A stretch of 64,000 bases of DNA from Chiloscyllium plagiosum (GCF_004010195.1 NC_057710.1:89195666-89259665), one strand, 5' to 3'; counted from the first letter of the stretch, positions 28,396-43,189 are shown. Numbers and translations are program-made. The notes: a model not told the origin generated them from the sequence alone.

Positions 28396-28779
28396 CAGCT
28401 TGGACAGCAGTGCTCATTTGGCACACTCTGCCAGCGAATCTTATTTTCGACATAGCTGCTGGTCACCTTGTTTGTGTTTCCTCTTAAGCCAAATAAAAGT
28501 CATTCAGAGCTACAGAAACTATATTTAGCAGAGTGAGGTTTGTTCTCTGTCTGTTAGAGTGACTGAGTCTGGCCCTAGAATTGGTGAATTCAAGACTCTG
28601 AAATCTATCGACCAGCTCATGCTAAAGGGTCAAAGAAGGTTGTTCTGCATAATGCAATACTGATATTTGCACTTTGCAAACAACTAACCCACCCGAACCT
28701 TTTTGATTGCTAATTGGCCACCCAAATTACAATGACTTTCAGCTTGGATTCTACTGTATTTGTTAAATGCTGTGGCAAT

Positions 28780-30500
28780 TGCAGACTTCAGAATGGAATG
28801 TAAGAGTAGGGAATTCTTACTGCAAATATACAAGGTGATGGTGAAACCATATCTGGAGTACTGTGAGCAGTTTTGGTCCCCTTATTTAAGGAAAAATGTC
28901 ATTTCATTGGCAGCAGTTCAGAGAAGGTTTGCTAAGAAGATCCCTGGTATGGAAGAGTTGTCTTATGAGCAAACACTAAATAGTCACTGAAGTTTAGAAG
29001 AATGAGAAGTGATCTAATTGAAACATTTGGGATTCTGAAAAGGGCTTGAGACAATAAATAGTGTGAGGATGTTTCCTGTCATGGGAGGGTCTCGAACGAG
29101 AGGGCACAATCACAGCATAAAGGGAGGCAATTTAAGACTGACATGAGGAGGAATTTCTTCTCCCAGCATTGAGTATTTTGAACTCCTTCCCATAGAAAGC
29201 TATGGCAGCAGAATCTTTGTGTGTTTTTTAAGGCTGAGATAGATTTTTTTATCAGGAAAAGGGCAGGAGAGTGCATGTGAGGAACCTTGGATCAGCCGTA
29301 GTAGGCCGCAGACCAGGCTTGAGTAGGTGAGCGGCCTACTCCTGTTCCTATTTCTTAAAGTTTTTATGGTAACATTTCTGAAAGGAGTATAAGGCAGTGC
29401 AGTAAATCCAGGTCTTTACACAAAAGACATTACCCTGAAGCCACTACAGAGATAACCTTATGATTAAAGACATGCTTAACTAATGAAAGATGGAGAGCTA
29501 GGCAACTAAATTTTCAGTTTGGCAACGGGTAACTAGTGGTGCGACATGGGGAATGATACGGAGTGCGACAATTAATTACAAAATATTTTAATGACTTAGA
29601 TGAGAAACACAAATGTATTATCGCTAAGTTTACCGATGACACAAAGATAAGTAGGAAAGCAAGTGGTGAGGATCTGCAGAGAAATAAAGACAAGTTAAGT
29701 GAGTGGGTAAAACCTTTGGCAGATTTAATATAATGTGAGAAAATGAATGGCTGTGCACTTTGACAGAAATATTAGAGGAGATGTGTATTATTTAAGTGGA
29801 GAAAGACTGTAGAAAGCTATGGAACATAGAGATTTGGGAGTCCTTGTCCTTGAATCACAAAAAGCCATCCATCCACATTCAGCAGGATTAGGGAAGACAA
29901 ATGGAATTTTGGCTTATTTATCAAAAGGAATGGCGTAGAATAGGGAGGTTTGTTAAAAGTATACAAGGCAGTAGGCAGACAAATACTGTGAACAGTTTTG
30001 GTCCCGTTATTTAATGAAAGATATAATGGCATTGGGTGCAGTCTAGGAAAGATTCAGTGGGCTCATGCCAGGTATGGTAGGAGCTGACTAATGAGAAATG
30101 TTTGAGTAGATTGGGCTGTACTTGTTGGAATACAGACAAATTAGAGGCAACCTTATAGAAACAAACAGGCTTCTTAGAGGCAAATTAAAACAAAGAATAC
30201 TGTGGATGCTGGAAATCTCAAGTAAAAAGCAAATTGCTGGAGAAATTCAGCTGGTCAGTCAGAATCTCTGAAGAGAAAGCCGAGTTAATATTTTGAGTAC
30301 AGTTACCCTTCTTCAGAAGAGGGTGTTAGGGCTGTGTCACAAAGTATATTCAAGGCACAGACAGAGTTTTAACCCCCAACTTTAAATTCCTATGTTTTCC
30401 CCATAACCCTTATCAGATTAATAGTTATATCATTGAATGATGGTGCAGACTTGATGGGCTGAATTACCTCCTCCTGCTCCTATGTCTTATGGTCTTAGGC
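28780..30500 (+). mobile_element. Two tandem degenerate CR1 3' fragments, with a PLE terminal-repeat remnant at ~30190-30320
   Basis: YLEYCEQFWSPY and KFTDDTK-like segments, two 3' tails. Confidence 0.7.
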
Positions 30501-30904
30501 AAGAGGAACTGGTTCTGAACATGAACCCAGTTGGCAAATGGACTCCGTAATTGTTTATGTGAAAGGCTAACCTCTAGCTTCTTGAGGGCAACAAACTCCA
30601 GGCCTTCTAGTGCGTATTTATAAAAATTTGACTGCAAATAATGAATCCTTAAATCTATAAATCTTTCTCTGCGGCAGGATCAAGCTATATTAGTGCTGCA
30701 ATTTACCCTTACTGATGACTGAGACAGATTGCATTATGGGGAAGTTAACTGGAACTGTCGTGCTAGATTCATGATAAGATAGAATATATATTAAATGAAA
30801 GTAAGAACAACATAGATGATAAAGGTTTTTTTTTGTCAAATTTATCCCATCATATGTGGAAAGAAAAAAAGGAACAAAAGGAATGAAAAGGGTAATGAAT
30901 GGCG

Positions 30905-31190
30905 ATGTGATATTATTACTGGGCTGTTTATCCAGAACCCCAGCTAATGTTCTGGGTACCTGGGTTCAAATCCTGAATTCAGTAAATCAAATAAAATCTG
31001 AAATTAAAAATAGAATGATAACCATGAAGCCATTGTCAATTGTCAGAAAATTACATCTGGTTCGCTAATGCTCTTTAGGTAAAGAAATTGTCATCCTTAT
31101 CTAGTCCAGGCTACGTGGGACTGCAGACCCACAGTAGCGTGGTTGACTCTTAGTTGACCTAAGGATGGCCATAAGTGCCTCAAGAGTAAC
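30905..31190 (+). mobile_element. tRNA-derived SINE of a second family
   Basis: B box gggttcaaatcc. A related head is seen at ~37460-37560. Confidence 0.5.
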
Positions 31191-31199
31191 CAAACTAAA

Positions 31200-33117
31200 A
31201 TACCTAGGCTTTGACAAATAGGGTTAGGAAGAATATGAAGTGATTCTACAAACACATTAAGGGCAAAGGAGTAACTGGGGAGAGAATAGAGACCCTTAAA
31301 GATTAACAAGGCCGCATATGTGTGTAACTGCAGAAGATGGATGAGGTATTAGAGTATATCCCAACAGAATTTACTGTGGAGAAGGATATGGAAGCTATAG
31401 AACTTGGAGAAATAAACAGCAATATCTTGAAGGTTATGCTCGAAACATCGATTCTCCTGCTCCTCAGATGTTGCCTGGTTGGTGTGCTTTTCCGGCACCA
31501 CACTTTTCAACTCGTTATCTTGAAGTCTGTCTATATTTCAGAGGAAGCTGTACTGGACGACCTGAAGCAGATAAAGGTGGATAATTCCCCAGCATCTCTT
31601 CAGTGTATCCCAGAACTTTGTGGGAAGCTAAGGAAATGACTGCTGACATAGCTATATCATTAATAGCCATGTGCAAGGTATCTGAAGATTGGGGGCTGGC
31701 TAATGTGCCATAATTCAAGAAAGATGGTAAGGGAAAAACCAAGGCTATAGAGCAGTGAAATTGATGTCAGTAGTGGATATGTTGTTGGACGGGATTCTGA
31801 GGAACAGGATTTACATGTATTTGGAAAAGCAAGATTGATTAGGGATGGGCAGAATGGTTTTGTGCTTGGGAAATCATGTCTCACTAACTTAATTGAGTTT
31901 TTTAGACTTCAAGATAACAGACTTCAAGATAACGAGTTTAAAAAGAGCAGTGGATGTTGTCTTTATGGGATTCAGCAAGACATTTGACTAGATTTTGCAT
32001 AGGAAACTGGTTAGTAAGGTGAAATCACATGGAATCCAGGGAGAGCTAGTCATTTTGATATAAAATTAGCTTGAAGGTAGGAGACAGAGGGTGGTGGTGG
32101 AGGGTTATTTTTGGGACTGGAAGCCTATGACCAGCTGTGCGCCACAAGGATCGTGCTGGGTCTGCTGCTGTTTGTCATTTATATAAATGATTTGGATGTG
32201 AATATCGGAGGAATGGTTAGTAAGTTTGCAGATGACACCAAAATAGTAGTGTAGTGGACAATGAAGGAGGTTCTCAGTGCAGTGGGACCTTGATCAGATA
32301 GACCGATGGACTGAGGAGTGGTGGATGGAGTTTAATCCAGATAAATGTGAGGTGTTACATTTTGGTAAGGCAAATCATGGCAGGACTTGTACGTTTAATG
32401 GTAAGGTCTTGGGGAGTGTAACCGAACAGAGAGCTTGGGGTGCAAGTTCAGAGTCCCTTGAAGGTGAAGTCACAGGTAGACAAGCTAGTGAAGAAGGCAT
32501 TTGGTACACTTGCCTTTATTGGTCAGCATATTGAGTGTAAGGGTTGTGACATCATTTTGCGGCTGTATGGGACATTGGTGAGGCCACTTTGGAATACTGC
32601 AGGCAGTTTTGGTCTCGATGAAATAGAAAAGATGTTGTGAAATCTGAAAGGGTGCAGAAAAGATTTACAAGCATCTTGGAGGGTCTGAGCTATAGGGAGA
32701 GGCTGAATAGGCTGGGGTTATTTTCCCTGGTGCATTGGAGTATAAGAGGTGATTTTTATAGAAATTTATGAAATGATGGGGGCATGAATAGGGTTAAGAG
32801 CCAAGGGTTTTTCCTCAGGGTATGGGAGTCCAAAATTAAAGGGCATAGGTTTAAGGTGAGAAGAGAAAGATTTAAATGAGACCTAAGGGGCATACAGAGA
32901 ATGGTGCGTGTATGGAATAAGCTGCCAGAGGAAATGGTAGAAACTGGTACAATAATGACTTTTAAAAGGCATCTAGCTGGGTACAAGAATTGGGAAGACT
33001 TAGAGGGATATAGGCCGAACGCTGGCATATTGGGACTAGATTAACTTGGAATATGTGGTCGGCAGGAATGAGTTGGACTGAAGGGTCTGTTTCCGTGCTG
33101 TACAACTCTGACTCTAT
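31200..33117 (+). mobile_element. CR1 LINE ORF2 3' two-thirds
   Basis: RT motifs across several frames, ends ctctgactctatg. Confidence 0.88.
31433..31515 (+). mobile_element. Short PLE-terminal-repeat insertion, family A (truncated)
   Basis: 10-bp TSD tatcttgaag (31423-31432 / 31516-31525). Only the 3' half of the hammerhead is present. Confidence 0.8.
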
Positions 33118-36000
33118 GCACAGAATTTGAGACAATAAAAAGTGGCATTAGGCTGATTGATTAAAATAGAACTTTGTTAAAATTAATTTATCGTGTTACC
33201 TGTAGCAAGATACAGTGAAAAGCTTTGTTTTGTGTGCTACACAGGGAAATCGTACCAAAGTTCATCAGGGTAGCAGAACAGAGTGCAGAGTACAGTGTTC
33301 CACCTGCAGAGAGGGAGAGAGAGATCAAAATTAACATTTGAGAGATCTGTTTTGATAACAGCAGAGAAGAAGCTGTTCTTGAATCTATTCATACATCTAT
33401 TGTATCTTTTGCCTGACGAAAGAGGTTGAAAGACAACATAATGGGTGGAAAGGGTCTCTAATTATATTGGTTGTTTTCCTGAGGCAGCTGGAATCCTAGA
33501 GCAAGTCAGTGGATGGAAGGCTGCTTTGCATGATGGACTGGGGTTGTGTTCACGACTGTGTAATTTCTTGCAGTTTTGGGAAGGACAGTCGCCATGTCAA
33601 GCTATGATGCATCCAGGTAGCATGCTTTCTATGGTGCATCACTAAAAATTGCTAAGAGTCCTTGTGGACATGCTGAATATTCTTCGCCTCCTGAGGAAGT
33701 AGACATGTTGTTGTGACCTGCTTGACTGGGTTGATCTGAGCTGATTTTATGGATTTTGCCCACTAAATGGCTCAGAGCAGAGTTCACTGTAACTCGGAAC
33801 AGATTCTCCCTGTGACAACTGACCAAGCAGGTGACCAGCAGCTCCCTAGCTCTGCTTTGTTTTTCTTATGTTACCAATTTGTCAGCAGGCAAGAGAGCGA
33901 GTGTACTAAATGATGCAGTTCTGTTGATAATTAGGGAAACTAAATTAGATTATCTCAAAGATTAAAAAAAGTTGGTGCTTGCAGGGGTGATTAAAAAGAT
34001 GAAGAAAGCCAGAGACATAAAGTAATTTTCTCATCTACATTTATTAATGTTAAGTTACAGGTATTCAGGCTTGTTGAGAGGTTCTATGTGGCCCTTAAGC
34101 CTTTGTTAAAAATACAGACTGGACAACTTCACAGGAGCTGCATCTCAATCAGTGGCCATTTCTCTCTCGTATTTGCTGCTGGGAAGCTCACCAGCAGTGA
34201 ATGTTGAAGGGGAATTAGTCTGTGATTGAGGTAGCAATGTGACGTGAGTGGTGTAACTCAGCCTGAGTTCTGGAGCTGGACCAGTTCAGTTTCTGGCTAA
34301 TGCTGTTCTGCAAGGCATTGATAGTGAGGGATTTATCAGAGCAGTGGCCACTGCTGGGGCCTCAGGCAATCTACCACATGGAGAATTGATACACTGGAGT
34401 AGGAAATCAAGAAAATGGAGTTCAATTTTTGTATGATGTTCAGCGTTTTTCAGTCAATATGTTGCTGCTCTAACAAAGGAGCATTGCTTTACCGGTTTTT
34501 AGTTCAGCTATGGAGTAGATCACACCTGAAAAATTGGGAGACATTTGGAAAGCAATGACCACAACAAATTTCAGTTTAAGCTTAGTAAAGAAAAATACAA
34601 ATCGAGGGTAAGTACTTTATTTGAAAGATGCACATAGAGCAAGTTGATAAGACCAGATTAGAAAGTTAAAAGTAGAATTATAGCTCAGCAATGGAAAAGG
34701 TATAAATCAACTTTCTCACGAAGTAAAAAAGGGAATGTACTGAAAGCTGCAGTTCTGTTAATAATTAGTCTAATTTAAATTAGACTATGTCAAAGTTGAA
34801 ATTGAGAAAAGAATACTTTGTTTATCGGGATGATTTAAAAAGACAAGTAAAGCTGGGGTACAAAATAATTTTCTCTGGGGCATATTTATTATTAATCTGC
34901 AGAACACCTTGTAGGTGATATCCATTGTTGCTACTGGATTTCAGTGATCTTATTGAATGGTGGAACTGACTGGCTCAGAGGCTCAAATGACAGGATTTAC
35001 AAGGAATCTATGTTCCTAATAGATTTAGAATGCAAATAATGGTGAGATAAAATAACTTGCCAGATATGAGGCAAAGCAGTTATGAATTTGAAAAATTTCG
35101 AATTATTCAGGAAGCTGGGCAAGTTTTTGATGTGTTAACAGCAGTAGACTTTAATTGGACCGTGGAATTGTAATGAAAGGTCACAAATTCAACAAAATCA
35201 GAAAAGGAATTGAAGGGTGTGTTGGCAGAGACATTTTGCAAATTCATATTGGATGTTGTTCTTTATATCTATTGTACTATATCTAATGTATTGTAGAAGC
35301 TTGGCTGTATTCCACAAGCAATGAAATGTAATTGTATGGAACATATTGCACCAAAATACATTCAACCTAATAATTTTGGTAAGAGAAGAGAACCCAAAAT
35401 AACTTCTTAAAAAGTCAGTCCAGTTCAGGTGATTCGAAGTTTGCAGTGCACCATTGAATGTAGAGATTGTAACATGGGCATTGAGATTTCAGATTTGTCC
35501 ATCTGTTTAGTTTAAAAAAAAAGTAAAAGAACAAAATTTATGAATATCATGCAAATTAGTTGTGTAACTGTGCTAAGCTCATGACTGTAACAGTGCTGTA
35601 ATGTTTTGGAGATTTTTCTTCAGTTCACGTGAAGGAAGTGTATTTATTGTTTAAAAACAAAAACAAGTGACTACTTTGTTTCAGAGTTATGATTTTCTGC
35701 TTTGCTTTCTTTAACAAGAACTACTCATGAAATTTGGACTGGTGATATATTTTGCTCAGTTAAGTTTCTGCATAAAACCCAATAAAAATTGGATTATTGT
35801 TTTCTAACAAAATTTTGCTTTGCATTGGATAAGGTAATTGAATTGCATCATGTATAGCTACAATTATCACTTTGCTGAGTGCAGCACTGTTTAAGTGACA
35901 CGTTCAATTCAAGTAGCATATTCTTATCCAATGCAAGTGCAATGTATTATCGTATTTTCAGTTCATTTTATAAGATTCCGATCTGGATTAATTTTGGTGA

Positions 36001-36153
<153 letters not shown>

Positions 36154-36752
36154 TAAGGAGATTAATTATTTTGTCAATATGTAATTTCTTTTGCACTTTT
36201 CCAGGTACTAATCTCAAATTCTGTCCAGGACAACACTCTTAGCAGAATCACAGAATTGTTGCAGGGCAGAAAGAGGCTATTCAGCATAATACAAGCACAA
36301 CACAGCTTGTTTCATGTCCCTTCATTTTCCTTGTCAGTCTGCAGGTTTTTTTCTATTCCATTCCTTTTCAAAACAACAAATTAACCTGCTTTCTGTACAT
36401 TTTCAGATTCTAACCAGTTGTTGTGCAAAAACATTTTTCCTCATGACATCTGTAGTTTTTTTCTTACCATTCACCTTAAATTGGTGCTGTACAGTCCTGA
36501 CGTTTCCCCGAGTAAGAACAGTTTTTTCCCATCTGCATTCATGCTGTAAAGAGTTTGGACAACTCTATCAAATCTCCTCTCTATATTCTTTCTCCGAAGG
36601 AGAATATCCTAAGTTTCTCTGATCTGTCCATGTAACTGAAATTCCTTATCCCTGGAATCATTCTTGGGAATTGTTTCTGCGTCCTGTCTGATGCACTAAT
36701 GTGCTTCCTAAAGTGTGGGATCCAGAATTGGGCAAGGTGCCCCTGTTGAAGT

Positions 36753-36921
36753 CGAGAGTGTGGTGTTGGAAAAGCACAGCAGGTCAGGCACATAAGTCCT
36801 GATGAAGGGCTTATGCCCAAAACGTCGATTCTCCTGCTCCTCGGATGCTCCTGCTGCGCTTTTCCAGTGCCCCACTCTCGACTCTGATCTCCAGCATCTG
36901 CAGTCGTCATTTTCTCCTACT
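36753..36921 (+). mobile_element. Short PLE-terminal-repeat foldback insertion, family A
   Basis: 11-bp TSD cctgttgaagt (36742-36752 / 36922-36932). Partial inverted arm. Hammerhead has GAAA>AAAA. Confidence 0.82.
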
Positions 36922-37907
36922 CCTGTTGAAGTAGAGTCAGTATTTTATAAAGGTTCATTTTAATCTGTTTGCTTGTTTTTACATTCTATGCTGTGTAAAA
37001 CCTCAGATCCTGTAAGACTTACGAGCCACTTTTCCACAGTTTTAAACCAACGGTAGTAAAGGTGAAGGAATGTATTGGTGTCCTTTTCCCCTTAGACAGA
37101 GTTTGCAGTGTCAAAAGGGGTGATCGAAAGAGGCGAGGCAAGTTCCTGCTGCGTATTTTGTAAATGGTGCACACTGCTGTCTCTGCATCATTGATGGAGG
37201 AAACATAAGGTAGCGGATGAGTACTGAATTAAACAGGTGGTTTGTTCTAGATGTTGCTAGCTTCTTGCTTATTGTTGGAATTGTACCCTTCCATGGAAGT
37301 TGATGTAGATGGTGGACAAGTTTTGAGGAGTTAGGAAGTGAGTTACTCACTACCCTTGTAGTAGTCATAGTGGTTGTTTGATTTGTACAGTTACATTTCT
37401 TGTCAACAATAATCCCCAGGATGTTGATGGTAACACTAAGTTGGGAAGACTGTCTGTATTGTAATGGTAATGTAGTAACTGGAGTAATGATCCAGAGGCC
37501 CAAGTTAGTGTTCTATTGACCACGTGCCGAATCATATATTTGATTCAATAAAAATCGAGAATAGAAAGCCAGATGCTTATTTACTTCATTTTTTTCTTTT
37601 AATATTTGAATGTGTTCTTCTCCTGCTGTATGCACATACTATCTCTGGGTTTTACCTGAGTTAGTTTTTGGATTGCTGCTGACATTGTTTTTTTGTTTTT
37701 TATTCATCTGTGAAGTTATTACGGTGTGTTTATGGAAACAAATGAAAGCAGAAGTGATTGAAAAACTTTTATTTGCAATATGATCGAAATAAATTGCAAG
37801 GTGTTTTATTTGAGTATTTTACATAGTTTGTTTTTTATACTGGAGTATGTTGTGTGAGAAGTAATTAACTTCCACAGGGCAGACTTGTATATTTTCAATT
37901 CTAATGA

Positions 37908-38126
<219 letters not shown>

Positions 38127-38718
38127 TAGCAATTTGCAGAAATTTTTAATTGACTTTAAAATTTGTTATTTCTTCATGCCTCAAGCTTCAAGAATATCTG
38201 CATGTTTCCAAGCTAAGTATGTTTCAAAAGAAGAAAATGTAGTGAGGGTACACAACATGCTGCTGTAACATGGTGTATTGTACACAACCTTGGAGAATTA
38301 GAAAATAACTCTGGGTGATTCTTGCTATTCTGGAATATGTATAGGCATAAAGTACATCAAGATGTACTTGCCCTTCTTTGGGGGCAAGAAAGTTGATAAA
38401 TCATTGACCCTGAGTTAGGACTTGCATATATTACTGTATCCAACTGAAGAATATCACTACAGACCAAGAAAAGTTCATTTGCCTTGTTTTGACCAGTAAA
38501 CATTTTGTCTAATGCTAGAGAATCAAAACCTGTTAAAAATGAAAGGAGCTAAAGAAGAGCAGAATGTAGCCAGTACAGAAGCATGGAATCCGTACAGTGT
38601 GGAAGCTGGTCATTCAATCCATCGAGTCCACACTAATCCTACATTTCCAATGGCTAATCCATCCAGCCTGCATATCCCTGGATTATGGGCATTTTAACAT
38701 GGCCACTTTACTTAACCT

Positions 38719-38942
38719 AGGCAAAAGTGAGGACTGCAGATGCTGGAAACCAGAGTTTCGATCATAGTGGTGCTGGAAATGCACAGCAGGTCGGGCAGCA
38801 TCCGCGGAGCAGGAAAATCGACGTTTCAGGCAAAAGCCCTTCATCAGGATTCCTGATGAAGGGCTTTTGCCCGAAACATCGATTTTCCTGCTCCTCGGAT
38901 GCTGCCTGACCTGCTGTGCTTTTCCAGCACCACTCTGATCTA
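38719..38942. mobile_element. Palindromic PLE-terminal-repeat element, family A
   Basis: ~90-bp inverted arms 38760-38940 centred near 38850. TSD cactttacttaa (38704-38715 / 38943-38954). Confidence 0.88.
38816..38851 (-). ncRNA. Minimal type I hammerhead ribozyme motif
   Basis: Reverse complement: AAUC CUGAUGA A GGGC-uuuu-GCCU GAAA CGUC GAUU. The mirror copy on + (38849-38884) has ACGUC>ACAUC. Confidence 0.78.
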
Positions 38943-40278
38943 CACTTTACTTAATCTGCACATCTTATGACTGAGAGGGGAAACTGGAGCGCCCGGAAGA
39001 AACCCATGCAGGCACGGGGAGAATGTGTAAACTCCACACAGACAGTCGCCTGAGGGCGGAATCAAACCTGGGTCCTTGGCACTGTGAGGCAGCAGTGCTA
39101 ACCACTGAGCCACCATGCCAGTATGCTGAAAGAAAATGTTGTGGAATAAAAATACGCCATTGAAGAGAACAAAATGAAGCAAAGATATAAAAAGGAAGAG
39201 AGGTTAATTTTGCAAAGCTTTTATATTGTAGAACAAATTTTAAAAACAACTTGAACATTATTTACTTAATTTAATGGTATATACTCACATGTGCCCAAAA
39301 TAATGGGTCATCACCTCAGCCTTGGTCAGGTTAGATAAATTTAAAGAGTAATTAGGATAATTGAAACTGTAGATTGGTTTTGGCCACAGCTGGAGTACTT
39401 TACAGATTTGAACACCCTGTAATGACAGTCATGTTGTTACGTGTGTTTTTTTTAATCATTGAAAAGCTCGGATAAAATTTGAGAAATTAGTATTTTCCTT
39501 ATTAAATTAGAATGACAACACAGGTCACGATCTTCACTTCTTCCACTTAGGAGACATTGTAGGAATGCAGTCTAAGCACTTCAAGTCAGTTGGGTTCAGT
39601 TCTGCACTGCTCTTGGTGGCTGCACAGCTGGTTTTGAAGGGCAGAGACCATCACAAGTGTCAAATGTAAAATTGTATCTTGCTAGTGGTGCAGGATGCTC
39701 TCTGCTGGCACTTGGTAGCAGGACTGGCATCTGATCTGGAGCCACATGTCATGGTGATGAACACTTGCTCACAGTCCTTATCAACATTTGCATTAATCAT
39801 CAGGTAGCATTTTCGCCTTGTCATGATTGATGCTGAGGCTTTCATGTCTCTTTACAGCAGCCTTGAATTGGAGGTATGGATGCCTTACTGGTCTCAGTGC
39901 AGGCTTTCTGCCAATGTCACATGTCCATGTGTATATGGCAATATTCTGTCTGTGCCTGTGTCCAGCAAACAAAGCTGCCTTTGCTTGATTAATTCTAGGA
40001 TATTTATCCTCTTTTCTTTTGAAATAACTGCCGTTTTGGTGACATTGTTCCATGTGATGCCAAAGATTCATCACAGATGTTGCAGGTGGAATTCATTGAG
40101 CCTCTGTTGTTGGTAGGTTTATGTTTTCCCATCTTTATTGCCTGAGTATGTGTTGGGGATGCTCAATTTGTAAGTAAACAACTGCTTCTATAGGTGATTT
40201 TTTATGTCTCATGGCTGTTATGTTAGCTTGCCAGAAGTAGTGACTGTCTAGTTCTTGAAGATAGGCATCTATGCCTTG

Positions 40279-40564
40279 TGTAATGATGATGCTCCTTTAA
40301 CAAGGTTATGTTGTCCTTGGTTTTGTTTTCAGAGCGGTTGTGAAGACGCAAGGGTTTAAGGCCAGTTTGATTATAGCTACCAGATACTGCCTCAGGCAAA
40401 AAGCTTTCAAGTTTTAAAAACAACACTTGTTCAATGAAAGGAGAGCAGCCAGTTCTCCCAGCTCAGCTTTTCTCTTGTTTGTTTTGGTTTTAGCAAGCAG
40501 TCAGTTTGGAGGCTGCTGGTCCAAGAAGCAGCTACATGTAAGAAGGTGTTCCATGTTGAATCTC

Positions 40565-40609
<45 letters not shown>

Positions 40610-40873
40610 TCCAAATTGCAGGAATTTGGAATAGCATCATTAATTTGGGATAGTCTGTTGGGTTTCAGATTGGTTGTTATTCTGTATTCTGTTCTCTTTT
40701 GTTCTTGTTTCATTTGGTAATCTTGCAAATAAATTCTGCTTTGTTTAATATGAAGTGGTTGGGCCACTGCATCACTCCTGGAATATCCACTCGACACCAG
40801 CTTAAAATAACTAGCAAAGTTAGGGTTCAGTCTACTTGAAATGTTTTGAGAGGGTCTGGTTTGCTCCGTAACA
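40279..40873 (+). mobile_element. Solo-LTR-like element
   Basis: tgtaa...gtaaca, AATAAA at ~40728, flanks cttg/tttg. Left boundary is uncertain. Confidence 0.55.
40570..40607. repeat. (CT)n microsatellite
   Basis: ~19 CT units. Confidence 0.97.
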
Positions 40874-43189
40874 TTTGACATTAGATCCAATTTACTGATT
40901 GCTTCCTATGGTTTGTTGTTGTGTCTGATGGCTGACAGACATAATATTCTGACCCATAGCTACAGTTTTCAGGTGGGAGAGATTTACACATGTGACTCTC
41001 TCTTTGCAGTTAGCTAGCCAGCTGCTGAACTTCAATGCATTGCATTTGACTCAGAACATCAAATTATGGCAAGGTTCACCAGCCCACAAAAATCTTCAAA
41101 CCAATCAAATAAGTAGGTGATATATTGGTGCGGATATTCAAATACCCCAAGATAGTTTTTAGAGCAGTGCAGAATGGATTTGAGATTCAGGATGCTGTGG
41201 AATTCAAGATGCAGCACACTTTGTGGGAATTGCCCTGGAAATGATAAGCAATTTCTCGGCATCTGGAATCCTCTGAATAAAGAAAACCTCAACATCAGAG
41301 AATTTGAAGGGTTTTGCTTCTGTCAAGTTAATAGCCAACCAGGAAAGTTAGACAATAAAAATACCTAGTCTAACTTCTGGCTGAAATCTCAACTTACCCA
41401 ACACACCTACAATTACACCTCCCCTAATCTTTTGGACCATCAGACTCCCATTTCCAACCCAAAGCAATTCTACCCCAGGTCCCCTGAAATTAATGTAGAT
41501 TTCAACACACAGACAGCCCAGAGATCATGAATTGCATAATTGTAATTCCATTGAATCAGATCTTTACAACCTTACAGGAAAATTAAGGTTAAACAAGGAA
41601 GAATATGGTATTAAGTTTATGTTTTACACTTGGTTGAGAAAATTCTGTCAGTCTAATCCTACTGTCCCTGAGGCCTCTTTATACCAGAGATAGCCATCCC
41701 TCTCTACTGAGGGACATTCAATTGCTCAAGCACCATTACTCACCATCATTACCTAATGTTAGAGATTCTGTTGCACAGTTCCCTGCTTCAGATTTGCCAT
41801 CCCAGCAAAGACACATTACATACTTAACTGCATGCAAACACCTTACCTACCTGGTATCCTAATTCCTTAATAGAATGCTCCCCATAACCCCCTCAGATTA
41901 CAGATTTACCCCTTCCTAGCAGCTGTCAAAGTGCTGGCTGTGCTGGTGTAAATTTAAATCTCAGAACATACAACCCCTTTTGCAGCAGTGTGCTATGGCT
42001 TGATTCTGACCATCCTATGCTAAGGGAGAACTATATTGCTTTTAGGTAGTTTCCTCATTTCTGAAGGAGTCAGGATCTGATTTCTGGCTAGAAGTGCGAA
42101 GCTCCATGATTTTAAAAAAAAAATTGTTAACCAAGCGCCAATCTGACTAGGATTGCCACTCTTTGTGACTTCTTGAAACAGTGGTCCAGATATTAAGTCA
42201 TGCAGTAAAACGAAACTGCCCATATTAAATCAGAAAAAACTGAGAGAATACAAATTAACCTAATTATATTTGAGTGGAATTTAGGGCATGAAATTCTCCT
42301 TCACTTGGCATTGTGGAAGCAGACTGCAAAGTATGTTTCAAACAAAAGTCCATAGTTGCTGACAAAAAGAGAAATGCTTAAGGATTTGGGTGTGGGTTTT
42401 TCTTTACAAAGTAGGATTAGGCAATGTCATTGATGGAAAAAAAAGTGTGAAATAAACTCAGATGAAAGGCTTATTTTCTGTGCTGTAACATACCAAGCAT
42501 TCAAGATAATGATGTTGCACCCTGTCATTTTTCTGTGCTCATGATAAAGAGCCACACAGTGTGGCTAACATAATCCAGGGTTGGAAAAATAACTTGCTTT
42601 CTAGTTAATCTGGCAATGCATATTGAAATTGTACCAAGATTTACTACCTGGTGACATTTTGAAATTCTGTAACTTTATTTCTGTTCACTATTTCACAGCC
42701 TTCCAAGCTTGGATTTCTTGTCCATCTAAAACAAATACATTTGTACATTGTACTGTTAAGCTATATAAAATTTCATGACCACATTACACATGGCACAGTA
42801 ATGCATTTTACTCTAGTAGGGCTCTTGATTGATTTTTTGGCATTCATTCATGGAATGAATTTGTTCATCAATCACTAGGTGCACATCCCTACCTTCATCA
42901 CACCTCCAAGATAGTAATGAGCTAGCTTCTTAGTAAACCAACAGTAGCAAGGCAGATTCAGGGTTTTGTCCCAGCAACTGTGGTTATTACAGTATAGTTC
43001 CAAGTCAGCATGGAGTGGCTTGGAGGGGAACTTGCAGATGGTGTTTGTAAGTATCTGCTGCCCTTGACCTGCTAGGTTGTAGAGATCACAGGTTTAGAAA
43101 GTGTTTATAAAGGAGTCTTGGTGAATTACTGCAAATTGTAGATGGTACACGCTGGTACCACTTTGTCACTGATGAAGGGATTGATTTCT

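Larger units (their letters stand above)
38575..39119 (-). mobile_element. HE1-like SINE interrupted by a PLE palindrome
   Basis: Reverse complement begins ggcatggtggctcagtggttagcactgctgcctcacag, matching 43190. Confidence 0.85.

Noticed and set aside
38760..38940. Palindrome as a MITE/DNA transposon or miRNA gene
   Set aside because: Long variable TSDs, a one-sided tail and identity to the PLE 3' repeat indicate retroelement origin. There is no evidence for miRNA processing.
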